64,000 bases of DNA from Bacteroidia bacterium (GTDB lineage Bacteria; Bacteroidota; Bacteroidia; Flavobacteriales_D; JAUILH01): assembly GCA_030433115.1 (NCBI GenBank), contig JAUILH010000001.1, positions 19,682 through 83,681 on the forward strand, given 5' to 3'. This document shows, piece after piece, positions 1 through 8,992 of this stretch. The translations under genes and the position numbers were made by a program. The notes below the pieces were generated by a model. That model ran no database searches. It had not been told where the DNA came from and saw only the letters and a program-made list of their open reading frames with translations. Position 1 is the stretch's first letter. Each line of letters starts with the position of its first letter.

Positions 1-1062
1 CTGGACGCGACAGCACTTGGCAGCCTATCTTTGTTGTTTAGTAACGGACTTGGTTTCATGGAATCTCTGGACTCGGATAACCCTGCTTGTTTATGGGTTC
101 AAACCAGCACCAACCTAAATCCTGGAGAATCATTTACCATTGATATTGCCGGTTTATCTGATTGTTCCGGAAACAGCATGTCTGCCACAACTTTGTCTTT
201 TGTTGTCCCGGAACTAGCTGCTAAAGGAGACATTCTTATCAATGAGGTATTATTCAATCCGACTACTGGTGGACAGGACTTTGTAGAACTGTACAATAAT
301 TCCGACAAAGTGATTTCTTTGGAAGGTTGGTACTTGGCCAATTGGTCTGACAGCATAGCCAATTTGAAAGAAATTGAACCCACTTCAGCTATTTTAGATC
401 CAGGTGATTTTTTGGTGTTAACTAAGGATTCAAGCGCCGTTAAAACGTCTTATCCTCTGAGTGCTTCTGGTGTTTATCTCAACATGCCAAGCATGCCATC
501 TTACAACAACGATTCCGGTACTGTGTACCTGTTGAAAAACGATTCTTCAGTGATGGACAGGTTCGCCTATGATGAGGACATGCACTTTCCCCTGCTCAAT
601 GATGTGGATGGCGTTTCTTTGGAGCGTTTGGATTATAATCGAGAGAGTTCTGACTCCGACAACTGGCATTCGGCAGCTGAAGCTGTTGGTTTTGCTACTC
701 CGGGCTACGAAAATTCTCAATTGCAGATGAGCAATGGCTCCATGGGTGATAATGTGACCCTTGAACCCAACATGTTTTCTCCGGATAACGATGGTTTTGA
801 AGACATATTAAATATTCACTACGAATTTGATGAAGCTGGTTTCGTGGCAACGGTTATGGTTTTTGATGGTCATGGAAGACTGGTGAGACGTTTGATCAGC
901 AACGAGCTGCTGGGGACCTCAGGAATCTTTTCATGGGACGGGATTACCGATAGCAGAGAAAAAGCACCCATCGGAACCTATGTGCTCTATTTCGAGATTT
1001 TTAATGTGTCCGGAGTGGTGGATAAATTCAAGAAGCCTTGTGTGGTTGCAGGTAAGTTGTAA
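1..1062 (+). CDS. Secreted lamin-tail-domain (LTD) protein with a T9SS type-B (CHU_C-like) C-terminal sorting domain; the 5' end lies outside the window
   Basis: Frame 1 is open from nt 1, so the ORF-track Met at 31 is internal. 'ILINEVLFNPTTGGQDFVELYNNSDKVISLEGWYL' is an LTD signature. The tail 'MFSPDNDGFEDILNIHYEF...GTYVLYFEIF' fits the gliding-associated type-B CTD pattern. Confidence 0.6.
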   Translation: MDATALGSLSLLFSNGLGFMESLDSDNPACLWVQTSTNLNPGESFTIDIAGLSDCSGNSMSATTLSFVVPELAAKGDILINEVLFNPTTGGQDFVELYNNSDKVISLEGWYLANWSDSIANLKEIEPTSAILDPGDFLVLTKDSSAVKTSYPLSASGVYLNMPSMPSYNNDSGTVYLLKNDSSVMDRFAYDEDMHFPLLNDVDGVSLERLDYNRESSDSDNWHSAAEAVGFATPGYENSQLQMSNGSMGDNVTLEPNMFSPDNDGFEDILNIHYEFDEAGFVATVMVFDGHGRLVRRLISNELLGTSGIFSWDGITDSREKAPIGTYVLYFEIFNVSGVVDKFKKPCVVAGKL

Positions 1063-1066
1063 AACT

Positions 1067-1759
1067 CTATTTGTTGTATGAAGATCTTTTTATTCGTATG
1101 TATACCCCATATACAATCAATAGCATAAACAAATTGTAGAACACATCATCCAATGGAATTGTCAGTAACCTGATTCCCAAATTTTCTGAATCATTGTACC
1201 ATACAATTGGGTCATCAATCCCTGTTCCTGTAAGCACACCATTTACGATTAAAAACGGGATCAAAATAATCAGATAGGAGACGATAAATTGCCTGCGAGC
1301 CAAAGAGTTTAACGTTTTTAAAGTTAGAAAGAGCACCGCAGCACATCCTAAGAAAGCAGACGCTGTGTAGGCACGATCTAAATGTAAAGCCCCAATCGTG
1401 AGGCATAGCAAAATCAAAGTGACCCATATCCCATCAGCAATGGTTTTGGAAACAATCGGTTTGAAGTAGGCATCAACACATGCTGTAATGAAAATGCAGG
1501 CATAAGGCACTACAATAAAGAAGAGCCATTCTTCAATGGGAAGATTCAGAATTTCAACGCCGCATAAGTAATCAGGGTTAAATCCCCAAAAGCCTTGATT
1601 CGTGAAATAAACATCCCAGGGAATAAAAATCAGCATCATTGTAAAGATTCCCCAAAATAGAGACTTCCAGGACTTGTAGAAAGCAACTTTTTTGTCAAAA
1701 CTAAGTAACAAAGGTCCCGCTAGCGTGAGGATATCGAGATATAAATAGAGATTATTCAC
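1067..1759 (-). CDS. Lycopene cyclase, fused CrtYc/CrtYd-type (lycopene cyclase domain protein)
   Basis: 230-aa polytopic membrane protein. Its two halves each carry the PxE(E/D) cyclase motif ('LPIEEWLFF', 'IPLDDVFYN'). The GTG start overlaps the crtZ stop (GTGA, 1756-1759). Confidence 0.75.
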   Translation of the reverse strand: MNNLYLYLDILTLAGPLLLSFDKKVAFYKSWKSLFWGIFTMMLIFIPWDVYFTNQGFWGFNPDYLCGVEILNLPIEEWLFFIVVPYACIFITACVDAYFKPIVSKTIADGIWVTLILLCLTIGALHLDRAYTASAFLGCAAVLFLTLKTLNSLARRQFIVSYLIILIPFLIVNGVLTGTGIDDPIVWYNDSENLGIRLLTIPLDDVFYNLFMLLIVYGVYIRIKRSSYNK

Positions 1760-2226
1760 GACTTCAAATTGGCAGCCGCTTTTTTGGCTTCACGGTAGTA
1801 CTTGCGCGGAACGATTAGCATACCAAAGCACTCACCATGCTCTTTGTTTAGATGTTTATGATGAACCTTGTGAGCTTTCCGAATAGCCATGAGATAAGGG
1901 TGTTTGGACCTTTTGAACCAGGAAAATCGTTGGTGAATGAACACATCATGAACTAAAAAATAACACACACCATAAACCGCAATCCCAAATCCAATAGCCA
2001 CCACAATAGGCAGTTCATTCATCATTCCCAACATAATACATAGCCAACTGGGAATGGCAAAAATTAGAAAGAACACGTCATTTTTTTCGAAAAACCCCGG
2101 TTGAGGTTGGTGATGATCTTCATGAAAATGCCACATCAACCCGTGCATAAGGTATTTATGTGCGAACCAAGCCATAAATTCCATGAAGAAAAAAGTTGCA
2201 ATGCCAGCTAAAATCGACCAGATCAT
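1756..2226 (-). CDS. crtZ: Beta-carotene 3-hydroxylase
   Basis: Four histidine boxes of the fatty-acid-hydroxylase/CrtZ family are present: 'HKYLMH', 'HEDHH', 'HDVFIH', 'HKVHHKH'. Size is ~155 aa and the gene sits in a crt operon. Confidence 0.85.
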   Translation of the reverse strand: MIWSILAGIATFFFMEFMAWFAHKYLMHGLMWHFHEDHHQPQPGFFEKNDVFFLIFAIPSWLCIMLGMMNELPIVVAIGFGIAVYGVCYFLVHDVFIHQRFSWFKRSKHPYLMAIRKAHKVHHKHLNKEHGECFGMLIVPRKYYREAKKAAANLKS

Positions 2227-2858
2227 AGGGTAAAGTTAAGGACTAAAAAGAAAATCACTTGTAGTACAAACAAATAGGGCGCGATTTTGTTTGTGGTCTT
2301 CAATTTCATGGCATAAAAACTATAAACAAGTCCGAAAGAAATTCCCCACCAAGCCAGATAGTTACTTAAGGGGATATGACCGCCTTCCCAACTCCAGAAA
2401 TCTAATTTTATGGCCACAGGTTCAATCAAAAAATCGATGGCGACCATCAAAGTAGCTGCCAAAGCAGATTTAAAAATAGGAGATAATGTCGTTCTTTGCG
2501 CAATACCCACCGTTCCCATGATCAGCACAAGCCAATTTAGTCCAATGGTTACAGGAATGTCATTGATTTTGTAACCCAGCGCATCTCCATACCAGTAATT
2601 GCCAAATGGGAAACCCGTTTTCACTCCTAACATTTCAACAAAGAAGCCCGACAGCGAGACGAAGGCGACCCAAATAAAGTAGTTTATTGAAGTATTTTTT
2701 GAGAAAAGCAAAAGCAACATGCTGCTCATCCAAAGATTCAAAGGTGTAAGATTGTTGAAATCGGATTGATAATCCTTCAATGACAAACCGACCATTCCTA
2801 CTGAATAGATGATCAACAAAAACCATTGCGCCAGTTTGTATGGTGGTACATTTCTCAT
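2223..2858 (-). CDS. Carotenoid biosynthesis membrane protein (DUF422/Caroten_synth family; candidate CruF-like carotenoid 1',2'-hydratase)
   Basis: 211-aa polytopic protein with a '[18 protein letters not shown]' core. It is ATGA-coupled to crtD-like upstream and crtZ downstream. The family assignment comes from motif recall, not a search. Confidence 0.55.
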   Translation of the reverse strand: MRNVPPYKLAQWFLLIIYSVGMVGLSLKDYQSDFNNLTPLNLWMSSMLLLLFSKNTSINYFIWVAFVSLSGFFVEMLGVKTGFPFGNYWYGDALGYKINDIPVTIGLNWLVLIMGTVGIAQRTTLSPIFKSALAATLMVAIDFLIEPVAIKLDFWSWEGGHIPLSNYLAWWGISFGLVYSFYAMKLKTTNKIAPYLFVLQVIFFLVLNFTL

Positions 2859-4315
2859 ATCTTGGGAATCAGGTCACAGCTTATTTTTGCCGACATCAAA
2901 CACAAGGGAATTCCACCGCCAGGATGTACACTGCCACCACAAAAGTACAAACCTTCAATATTGGCTTGATTCTTCTGTCTGTTAAATGCTGCCATCTTGG
3001 AGTTTGAACTAGTGCCATATAGGGAACCCTGGTAAGAACTTGTTTTGAGGTCTATTTTTTTTGGATCGAGTATGTTTTCGTTTTCAATATGATCGCGAAT
3101 ATCACATCCCAGGGTGCGGTTAATTTTATCGATGATGTAGGACTTTTGTGCTTTCACCTCTTCATTCCAGTTCTGACCAATATCAGATGGCGCATTCACC
3201 ATCACGAACCAATTCTCGCATCCGGATGGTGCATCCTCCTTGCACACTTTACTGCTGATATGAATGTAAACAGTTGGGTCATTAAATCCCGTTTTCTTTT
3301 CGAAAAGATGCTTGAATTCCGACTGATAGTCTTCACTAAATAGAATATTGTGCAGACCTAACTCTGAAAAAGAACGCCTAATTCCCCAATAAAAAATTAT
3401 GGCTGATGAAGACCGTTCTTGAGTTTTTATTTTTTGAGGCGTCTTTACTCCAGGTAATAATCGTTCGTAAGTATAGTATACGTCCATGTTGGAGACTACC
3501 AGGTCGGTCTTAATCTTGTCCTCATCAATTATAATTCCCTTAACCTTACCATGTTCCACAATGATGTCTGAAACAGGAGAGTTGAAAAAGAAATTTACAC
3601 CAAGTTTTGTCGCTAAATTGAATATGGCATCTACAATTGATCGCATTCCTTTCATTGGAAAAAAAGTGCCGTATCCATGCTCAAGATGAGGAATCAGGTT
3701 TAATGTTGCTGGAGCTTGATAAGGATCGGATCCGTTATAGGTAGCATATCTATTGAATAGCTGAACCAACTTGGGGTGTTTAAGTGCCAGGTTTTTGTTG
3801 TGCATGGTGCTATTGAGTCCATACCGAGTAATATGAGGCAGGGCTTTAAGCACATCAGAACTGAACCAGGTCTTGCCTTTGTGCAGGGAGTTTTCGGTAA
3901 AAATCCGACCAATTTTGTCGTAGATAAATTTAGACTTTCTGAGGTGGGGGAGAATTAAATTGCCCGCCTCTCCAAAAGCGTTTAAAGTAGATTTTTTTAG
4001 AGCAGATTCATCCTGAAACATAGTGAATCTCGTGCCATCCTCCCAAAAATACCTGCAAGATTCATCCATTTGTTGGTAGTCAAAATACTGGTCTAACTGG
4101 TCTCCACAGAATTCAAATAAGTCCTCTAAATACTGAGGCATGGTGAAAAGAGACGGGCCTGTATCAAAGCGATATTTACCGGAAGTTTGCTGACCTAGTT
4201 TCCCTCCATAGGTGTCATTCGCCTCATAAACGGTGACCTGATACCCCTGAACCGCCAGGCGACATGCTGATGCCAATCCCGCAATTCCTGCCCCAATAAT
4301 CACTGCCTTTTTCAT
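2855..4315 (-). CDS. Phytoene-desaturase-family FAD oxidoreductase, CrtD-like (hydroxycarotenoid 3,4-desaturase candidate)
   Basis: N-terminal Rossmann motif '[38 protein letters not shown]'. It is a paralogue of the crtI at 17046-18515. Starting at Met3 (4315) gives an ATGA overlap with the upstream stop; the ORF-track start is 4321. Confidence 0.7.
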   Translation of the reverse strand: MKKAVIIGAGIAGLASACRLAVQGYQVTVYEANDTYGGKLGQQTSGKYRFDTGPSLFTMPQYLEDLFEFCGDQLDQYFDYQQMDESCRYFWEDGTRFTMFQDESALKKSTLNAFGEAGNLILPHLRKSKFIYDKIGRIFTENSLHKGKTWFSSDVLKALPHITRYGLNSTMHNKNLALKHPKLVQLFNRYATYNGSDPYQAPATLNLIPHLEHGYGTFFPMKGMRSIVDAIFNLATKLGVNFFFNSPVSDIIVEHGKVKGIIIDEDKIKTDLVVSNMDVYYTYERLLPGVKTPQKIKTQERSSSAIIFYWGIRRSFSELGLHNILFSEDYQSEFKHLFEKKTGFNDPTVYIHISSKVCKEDAPSGCENWFVMVNAPSDIGQNWNEEVKAQKSYIIDKINRTLGCDIRDHIENENILDPKKIDLKTSSYQGSLYGTSSNSKMAAFNRQKNQANIEGLYFCGGSVHPGGGIPLCLMSAKISCDLIPKI

Positions 4316-5220
4316 TCCCATGAAACAAGATATCTCTCAGATTGTTCCAAACTCCAACCAATTCCACCACAAACAATAACCAGCACATGCTTAAATTCCG
4401 AAAAATCATTGTTGAGCATTACGCTCAAAGCAGTGCCGCAAGCAGGCTCTACCCAAGTGTTCTTTAAATCATGAAATGCTTTGCAGGCTTTTACCGCCGT
4501 AAGGTCATCAACCACATGGCTTCTCACATCATGAGTTGACATCCAATCAAAAGCATTCTGGGCGATTTTACTCGCTCCCAAACTGGCAGCAATGCTATCT
4601 ATTCTGTTCAAAGTGATTACCTTCTGTGCTTTAAAGCTAGCATTCAAAGCCGCTGCGCCAATAGTCTCGGTGCAAATTACGGGGATATCGTCCCATCCTG
4701 CCTTTTGTAACCCCTCCATCAAACCACAGAACAACCCACCACCACCAACGGCTACAACTACCGCATCTGGTTTGTGATCTATTTGATCCACAATTTCGTC
4801 GACCATGCTAGAATGCCCTTTCCACAATAATGGATGGTCGTATGGCGGAATGTAAAATGCGCCCTTTTCTTTTACCAACTCCAGGGCTTTTTCATTGGCT
4901 TGCGGCCAGGCATCTCCGTGCTCGATAACAGCGGCATTTTTAGATTTAATGAGGTCAACAATTCTTTGGGAAGACCCTTTTGGAACCACTACGGTCAATT
5001 CTGCTCCCAACTGATCTATCACGTAGGCGGCAGAATAACCGGCATTTCCGGCAGAGGCGCAAACAAAATGCCTGCTTCCGTTGTTATACTCATGTTTGAG
5101 CAAAGTTTCCATTCCTCTGAGCTTAAATGATCCACTGGGTTGAGCGCTCTCCATTTTTAGATAAAAGCGTCTGTCATGAAGATCAATGGTTTGGAGTGGG
5201 GTTTTTGAAGCAAATTCCAT
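4312..5220 (-). CDS. PLP-dependent fold-type-II enzyme, serine/threonine dehydratase-like
   Basis: It carries the PLP-lysine motif 'SGSFKLRG', '[10 protein letters not shown]' and the glycine loop '[11 protein letters not shown]'. It is the first gene of the ATGA-chained crt operon. Confidence 0.75.
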   Translation of the reverse strand: MEFASKTPLQTIDLHDRRFYLKMESAQPSGSFKLRGMETLLKHEYNNGSRHFVCASAGNAGYSAAYVIDQLGAELTVVVPKGSSQRIVDLIKSKNAAVIEHGDAWPQANEKALELVKEKGAFYIPPYDHPLLWKGHSSMVDEIVDQIDHKPDAVVVAVGGGGLFCGLMEGLQKAGWDDIPVICTETIGAAALNASFKAQKVITLNRIDSIAASLGASKIAQNAFDWMSTHDVRSHVVDDLTAVKACKAFHDLKNTWVEPACGTALSVMLNNDFSEFKHVLVIVCGGIGWSLEQSERYLVSWE

Positions 5221-5345
5221 GATTTAAAATATTTGTGTCGGTCGTACGACTAAATGTAAGAGGAATAGCGTTAAAAACTGTTAATTATTCAAAAAATGAA
5301 CAACATTTGGCTAAGATTGTTGTTCATACAACAAACACAAGTAAT

Positions 5346-6200
5346 ATGCGTCAATTAAAAATAGAACAAAGTATCACAAATCGGGATTCGCTCTCGCTTA
5401 ACGCGTATTTTCAGGAGTTAAATGCGATCGACATGATCAGTGCGGAAGAAGAAGTGGAGTTGGCAAAAAGAATCAAGCAAGGCGATGAAGCCGCTTTAAA
5501 TAAGTTGGTTTCGGCCAATCTGAGATTTGTAGTTTCAGTAGCAAAACAATATCAACATTTGGGTGTAAGCCTCAATGATTTGATCAACGAAGGAAATATT
5601 GGATTGGTGTCAGCCGCCAAGCGTTTCGATGAAACCAAAGGATTCAAATTCATTTCTTACGCCGTCTGGTGGATAAGACAAGCCATTCATGTGGCGATCC
5701 AGCAAAAAGGGAAAATCGTTCGTTTACCTGCGAATAAAGTGGGATTACTCATGAAAATCAAACGTATCCAGGATGCTTTTATCCAGGAAAATGAGCGTGA
5801 GCCGGATGTAGATGAAATCGCGAAATCTTTGGAGGTTGCTCCAAGTGCAGTGAAGTCGGCCCTTAGAGCACAAACCAGATCATACAGTTTGGATGAGCCA
5901 ATGGGTGAACAAGATGATTCCAGAAAAATTGATGTCTTCGTTGGTGAGGATGTCAATAATGTAGACTCTAACATTGATGAGAGCTCATTGAAGAAGGATG
6001 TCAAGCGCCTATTGTCTAGGTTAGATTCAAATGAGCAATTTGTGATTACGAGATTTTTCGGAATAGGTACAGACAATAAAACACTTGGCGAAATTGCTGA
6101 TGATATGGGGCTGACCAAAGAAAGAATCCGACAAATAAAAATGAAAGTGATCAAGAAATTGAGAACAAAAGCACGCCCCTACATGTTAGAACGTGCATGA
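5346..6200 (+). CDS. rpoD: Primary RNA polymerase sigma factor (Bacteroidota sigma-A type, no region 1.1)
   Basis: Regions 2-4 are recognisable ('NLRFVVSVAKQY', 'LINEGNIGL', 'FISYAVWWIRQAI', 'LTKERIRQIK'). I chose the ATG at 5346 ('MRQLKIEQSITNRDS'), which gives ~284 aa. The GTG at 5235 in the ORF track adds an implausible extension. Confidence 0.85.
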   Translation: MRQLKIEQSITNRDSLSLNAYFQELNAIDMISAEEEVELAKRIKQGDEAALNKLVSANLRFVVSVAKQYQHLGVSLNDLINEGNIGLVSAAKRFDETKGFKFISYAVWWIRQAIHVAIQQKGKIVRLPANKVGLLMKIKRIQDAFIQENEREPDVDEIAKSLEVAPSAVKSALRAQTRSYSLDEPMGEQDDSRKIDVFVGEDVNNVDSNIDESSLKKDVKRLLSRLDSNEQFVITRFFGIGTDNKTLGEIADDMGLTKERIRQIKMKVIKKLRTKARPYMLERA

Positions 6201-6658
6201 TGTACACACTCAAGCGACAACAGCGTTTGCCTGTTTCAATTGATCAATTGTGGGAGTATATGGCTTCTCCTGAAAATTTGGCCAACATCACCCCGGATTA
6301 CCTCAGCTTTAAAATAAAGAGTGATCTTCCGGAAAAAATGTACCCAGGATTGATCATACAATATACGGTCCGCCCGGTCATGGGAATTCCTATGACTTGG
6401 GTGACCGAAATTTCTCATGTTAACGATCACAAATTCTTCGTAGATCAGCAGTTAAAAGGACCTTACAAAACCTGGCATCACCAACACCATTTTCGTGAGG
6501 TTGATGGTGGTGTTGAGATGATAGATGAAGTCAATTACGAATTGCCATTGGGAATTTTGGGTAGGATAGCGCACAGCCTGTTCGTCAAAAAACAACTTCA
6601 GGGGATATTCGACTATCGAGTTAAAAAAATGGAAGCCATTTTCGGCAAGATGGATTAG
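6197..6658 (+). CDS. SRPBCC (START/cyclase-dehydrase-like) ligand-binding family protein
   Basis: ~150 aa with the pattern 'W..m..PENL..ITP..L.F......' and 'GPYKTWHHQHHF', typical of the COG4276-type SRPBCC family. Its ATG overlaps the rpoD stop (ATGA, 6197-6200). Confidence 0.55.
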   Translation: MMYTLKRQQRLPVSIDQLWEYMASPENLANITPDYLSFKIKSDLPEKMYPGLIIQYTVRPVMGIPMTWVTEISHVNDHKFFVDQQLKGPYKTWHHQHHFREVDGGVEMIDEVNYELPLGILGRIAHSLFVKKQLQGIFDYRVKKMEAIFGKMD

Positions 6659-7104
6659 CTCAAATCCTTCACAACCTCCAAGGCTTCTTCAATGTGTTTG
6701 TTCCATTGCATTTGGGACTTAAACCTATGTACGAGTTTACCCGTCTTATCAAAAACAAAGGTTTCTCTACCCGGAATAAGCCCGAACAGATTATCCTTGA
6801 CACCGAATAAACGTCTGACTTTTTTATCTGAATCAGCCAACAAAGTAAAGGGTAATCGATGATTCTCTTTAAATTTCAGGTGCTTTTCAACGGAATCCGA
6901 ACTAATGCCAATGACGCGAGCGCCTGCCGCCTCAAAATCTTCATATGAATCCCTGAAACTACATGCTTGGGCTGTACAGCCTTTGGTTTCATCCATTGGA
7001 TAAAAATAGATCACTGCTGCCTTACCAGACAAACTGCTCGAATGAAAGTCATTTCCGTTTTCATCAGGAAGCACAAAATCTGGCAGCTGGGTTAATGTTG
7101 ACAT
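6655..7104 (-). CDS. bcp: Thioredoxin-dependent thiol peroxidase (peroxiredoxin Bcp)
   Basis: 'VIYFYPMDETKGCTAQACSFRD' contains the peroxidatic and resolving Cys pair of the Bcp/PrxQ family. Size is 149 aa. Confidence 0.85.
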   Translation of the reverse strand: MSTLTQLPDFVLPDENGNDFHSSSLSGKAAVIYFYPMDETKGCTAQACSFRDSYEDFEAAGARVIGISSDSVEKHLKFKENHRLPFTLLADSDKKVRRLFGVKDNLFGLIPGRETFVFDKTGKLVHRFKSQMQWNKHIEEALEVVKDLS

Positions 7105-7438
7105 GCTACGAAATTATAAATAAAACGGCCAGCAAGCATACAAGTGTTCGCTAATTTGAAACTTCAATGTGCATGGGATTATCAAAAAATTAAAAAACTC
7201 GAGCACATAATAAGTCCCAATAAGAAGACTTGCCGCAATGCATAGATTTGAATTCGCAAAAGTACAGCGTATTAGGCATTGGAACATATCAGAGCCATTT
7301 CCTGATGCTAGTTTAGAAAGAAAATGCAGAAAAAGAACAAGTTAAATGACGGTAAACGTTCTCCACAGTGCTCTATGTATAAATACTAAATGGCTCATAA
7401 AAAGAACCTCATGTTTAAAATTACCTTAGCAGATTAGC

Positions 7439-8992
7439 ATGAAACCATTTCAGGTACTCATATTTTGTGTTGGTGTTGGTTTGGGTTTATACGCCCTTAC
7501 CTTCCTGTCTGTGAAGGATGAGGACGGCGAATCTAGCTTGACTGAATTTGAGTTAGGAGAAGCTTCTTTTAAGTTGAAATACCCTACCTACCAAAAGTTC
7601 CTGAATTACCGGACGGTGGAAAAAGCAAATATTGATACTGTGGCCAGTGCTACCATGGAGGAAGAGGATATGGATTCTCTCATTGATGCCATGAAAACGG
7701 AGCCAGTAGATACCGCATTTAATAAACAAGACACCACTTTAAATGGCTTGCAAATCCCTAAACAAGGAAGCATAGGATTAACAGCTGACGGGGTGATGCC
7801 TATTGCCTTTCCAGAGAACAACAGGGCCTTGTTTGCACCACTATTCACTAAACTAGATGCCTGCAATGCGCAGAGAAAATCGATCAGAATTGTGCATTAT
7901 GGCGATTCGCAGATAGAAGGAGACAGAATCACAGCCTATATCAGAGACAAATTTCAAAAGCTGTTTGGTGGAAATGGACCTGGCTTTGTACCAGTTCTGC
8001 CAAGGTATAACCAGATTTCAGTCCAAATATCACAATCACCTAATTGGACCAGACACACTGTTTTTGGTCCGGGTAAAAGGCCGCATAATGCCTATGGTGC
8101 CTTTGCCAGTTTATCCCGTTTCACCACTGAGTTGCCCGATTCGATGGTCACAGATACTTTGCCTACGCAAACTGCCTGGGTTGAGGTTGGGCGCTCGAAA
8201 AAGACAGGTTATGCCAATCTCAAGGCATTTAACATAGTTAAAGTTCATTATGGTAATTGCAAATATCCGGTAGCAATCAAGGTAACAAACAATGGAGAAG
8301 TCATTGCGAACGATAGCCTTAGAACAGATGGCGCTTATCATGCTTATCCAATAGTATTGGGTGCAACACCGGAAGCTTTAAAGATCGAATTCACAGGCAT
8401 ACAAAGTCCCGATTTCTATGGCATTACTTGCGATGGAAATTACGGTGTGAACATGGATAATGTAGCAATGAGAGGGTCAGGAGGAACCATCTTCACAAAA
8501 ATCAATTACACAGAATTTGACGCCATGCTCGACGGACTCAATACCGAGTTTGTCATTATGCAGTATGGTGGAAACCTTATGCCATATCTGAAATCTAAGG
8601 AGCAAGCAGATAGAAATGCCAACTGGTTCAAATCACAGATTTATCGCGTGAAAAAAGCCAGACCAAGCGCTCAGATTCTTGTAATTGGGCCTTCAGATAT
8701 GTCAACTTTGGTTGAGGGAGAATACCAGACCTATGAGTTGATGGAGTACTTTATAGACGTGTGGAAAGCAGCCAGTTTGGAAGCAGGGGCAGCTTACTGG
8801 GACATTTACCGAGCCATGGGAGGAGAAAACTCCATGGTTACGTGGGTAGAGAATGGATGGGCGGCCCAGGACTATACCCATTTTTCTCATGCAGGCATGA
8901 AAAGAATCTCGTCCTTACTGATGAAGGCACTGTTATTGGAATATCAACACTATAAATCAACTAATTCAAGCAACAATGAAGCAGCTGAGTAG
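7439..8992 (+). CDS. Membrane-anchored SGNH/GDSL-family esterase or O-acetyltransferase (PatB/Ape-like candidate)
   Basis: N-terminal TM helix. SGNH block I is 'VHYGDSQIEGD' (Ser codon ~7907), block V is 'DYTHFS', and an inserted ~150-aa domain sits between blocks I and II. Confidence 0.6.
   Translation: MKPFQVLIFCVGVGLGLYALTFLSVKDEDGESSLTEFELGEASFKLKYPTYQKFLNYRTVEKANIDTVASATMEEEDMDSLIDAMKTEPVDTAFNKQDTTLNGLQIPKQGSIGLTADGVMPIAFPENNRALFAPLFTKLDACNAQRKSIRIVHYGDSQIEGDRITAYIRDKFQKLFGGNGPGFVPVLPRYNQISVQISQSPNWTRHTVFGPGKRPHNAYGAFASLSRFTTELPDSMVTDTLPTQTAWVEVGRSKKTGYANLKAFNIVKVHYGNCKYPVAIKVTNNGEVIANDSLRTDGAYHAYPIVLGATPEALKIEFTGIQSPDFYGITCDGNYGVNMDNVAMRGSGGTIFTKINYTEFDAMLDGLNTEFVIMQYGGNLMPYLKSKEQADRNANWFKSQIYRVKKARPSAQILVIGPSDMSTLVEGEYQTYELMEYFIDVWKAASLEAGAAYWDIYRAMGGENSMVTWVENGWAAQDYTHFSHAGMKRISSLLMKALLLEYQHYKSTNSSNNEAAE

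Noticed and set aside
5235-5345. N-terminal extensions suggested by the ORF track: rpoD from GTG 5235, gpsA from 30199, the giant gene from 27259, cvpA from 36108, idi from 16241, the MerR gene from 20019, GT2 from 52649, the small ORF from 59923, and the serine hydrolase from 58119
   Set aside because: In each case a downstream ATG places the conserved N-terminal motif (Rossmann loop, signal peptide or HTH) at its usual distance from the start. That ATG also restores a compact junction or a promoter box. The extensions would add atypical residues or overlap the neighbouring gene or promoter.
5687-6154. A 155-aa ORF antisense to rpoD, a 171-aa ORF (61750-62265) antisense to the S15 hydrolase gene, a 121-aa alternate-frame ORF (15325-15690), and a 150-aa ORF (53805-54257) antisense to the ABC gene
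   Set aside because: All are nested in genes with strong family signatures on the other strand or frame, and none has recognisable features of its own.
7238-7345. A 35-codon ORF (MHRFEFAKVQRIRHWNISEPFPDASLERKCRKRTS) in the long bcp/SGNH intergenic region
   Set aside because: There is no supporting promoter spacing, conservation evidence or recognisable peptide class. Its ATG overlaps the candidate -7 box. It cannot be distinguished from chance in AT-rich DNA.
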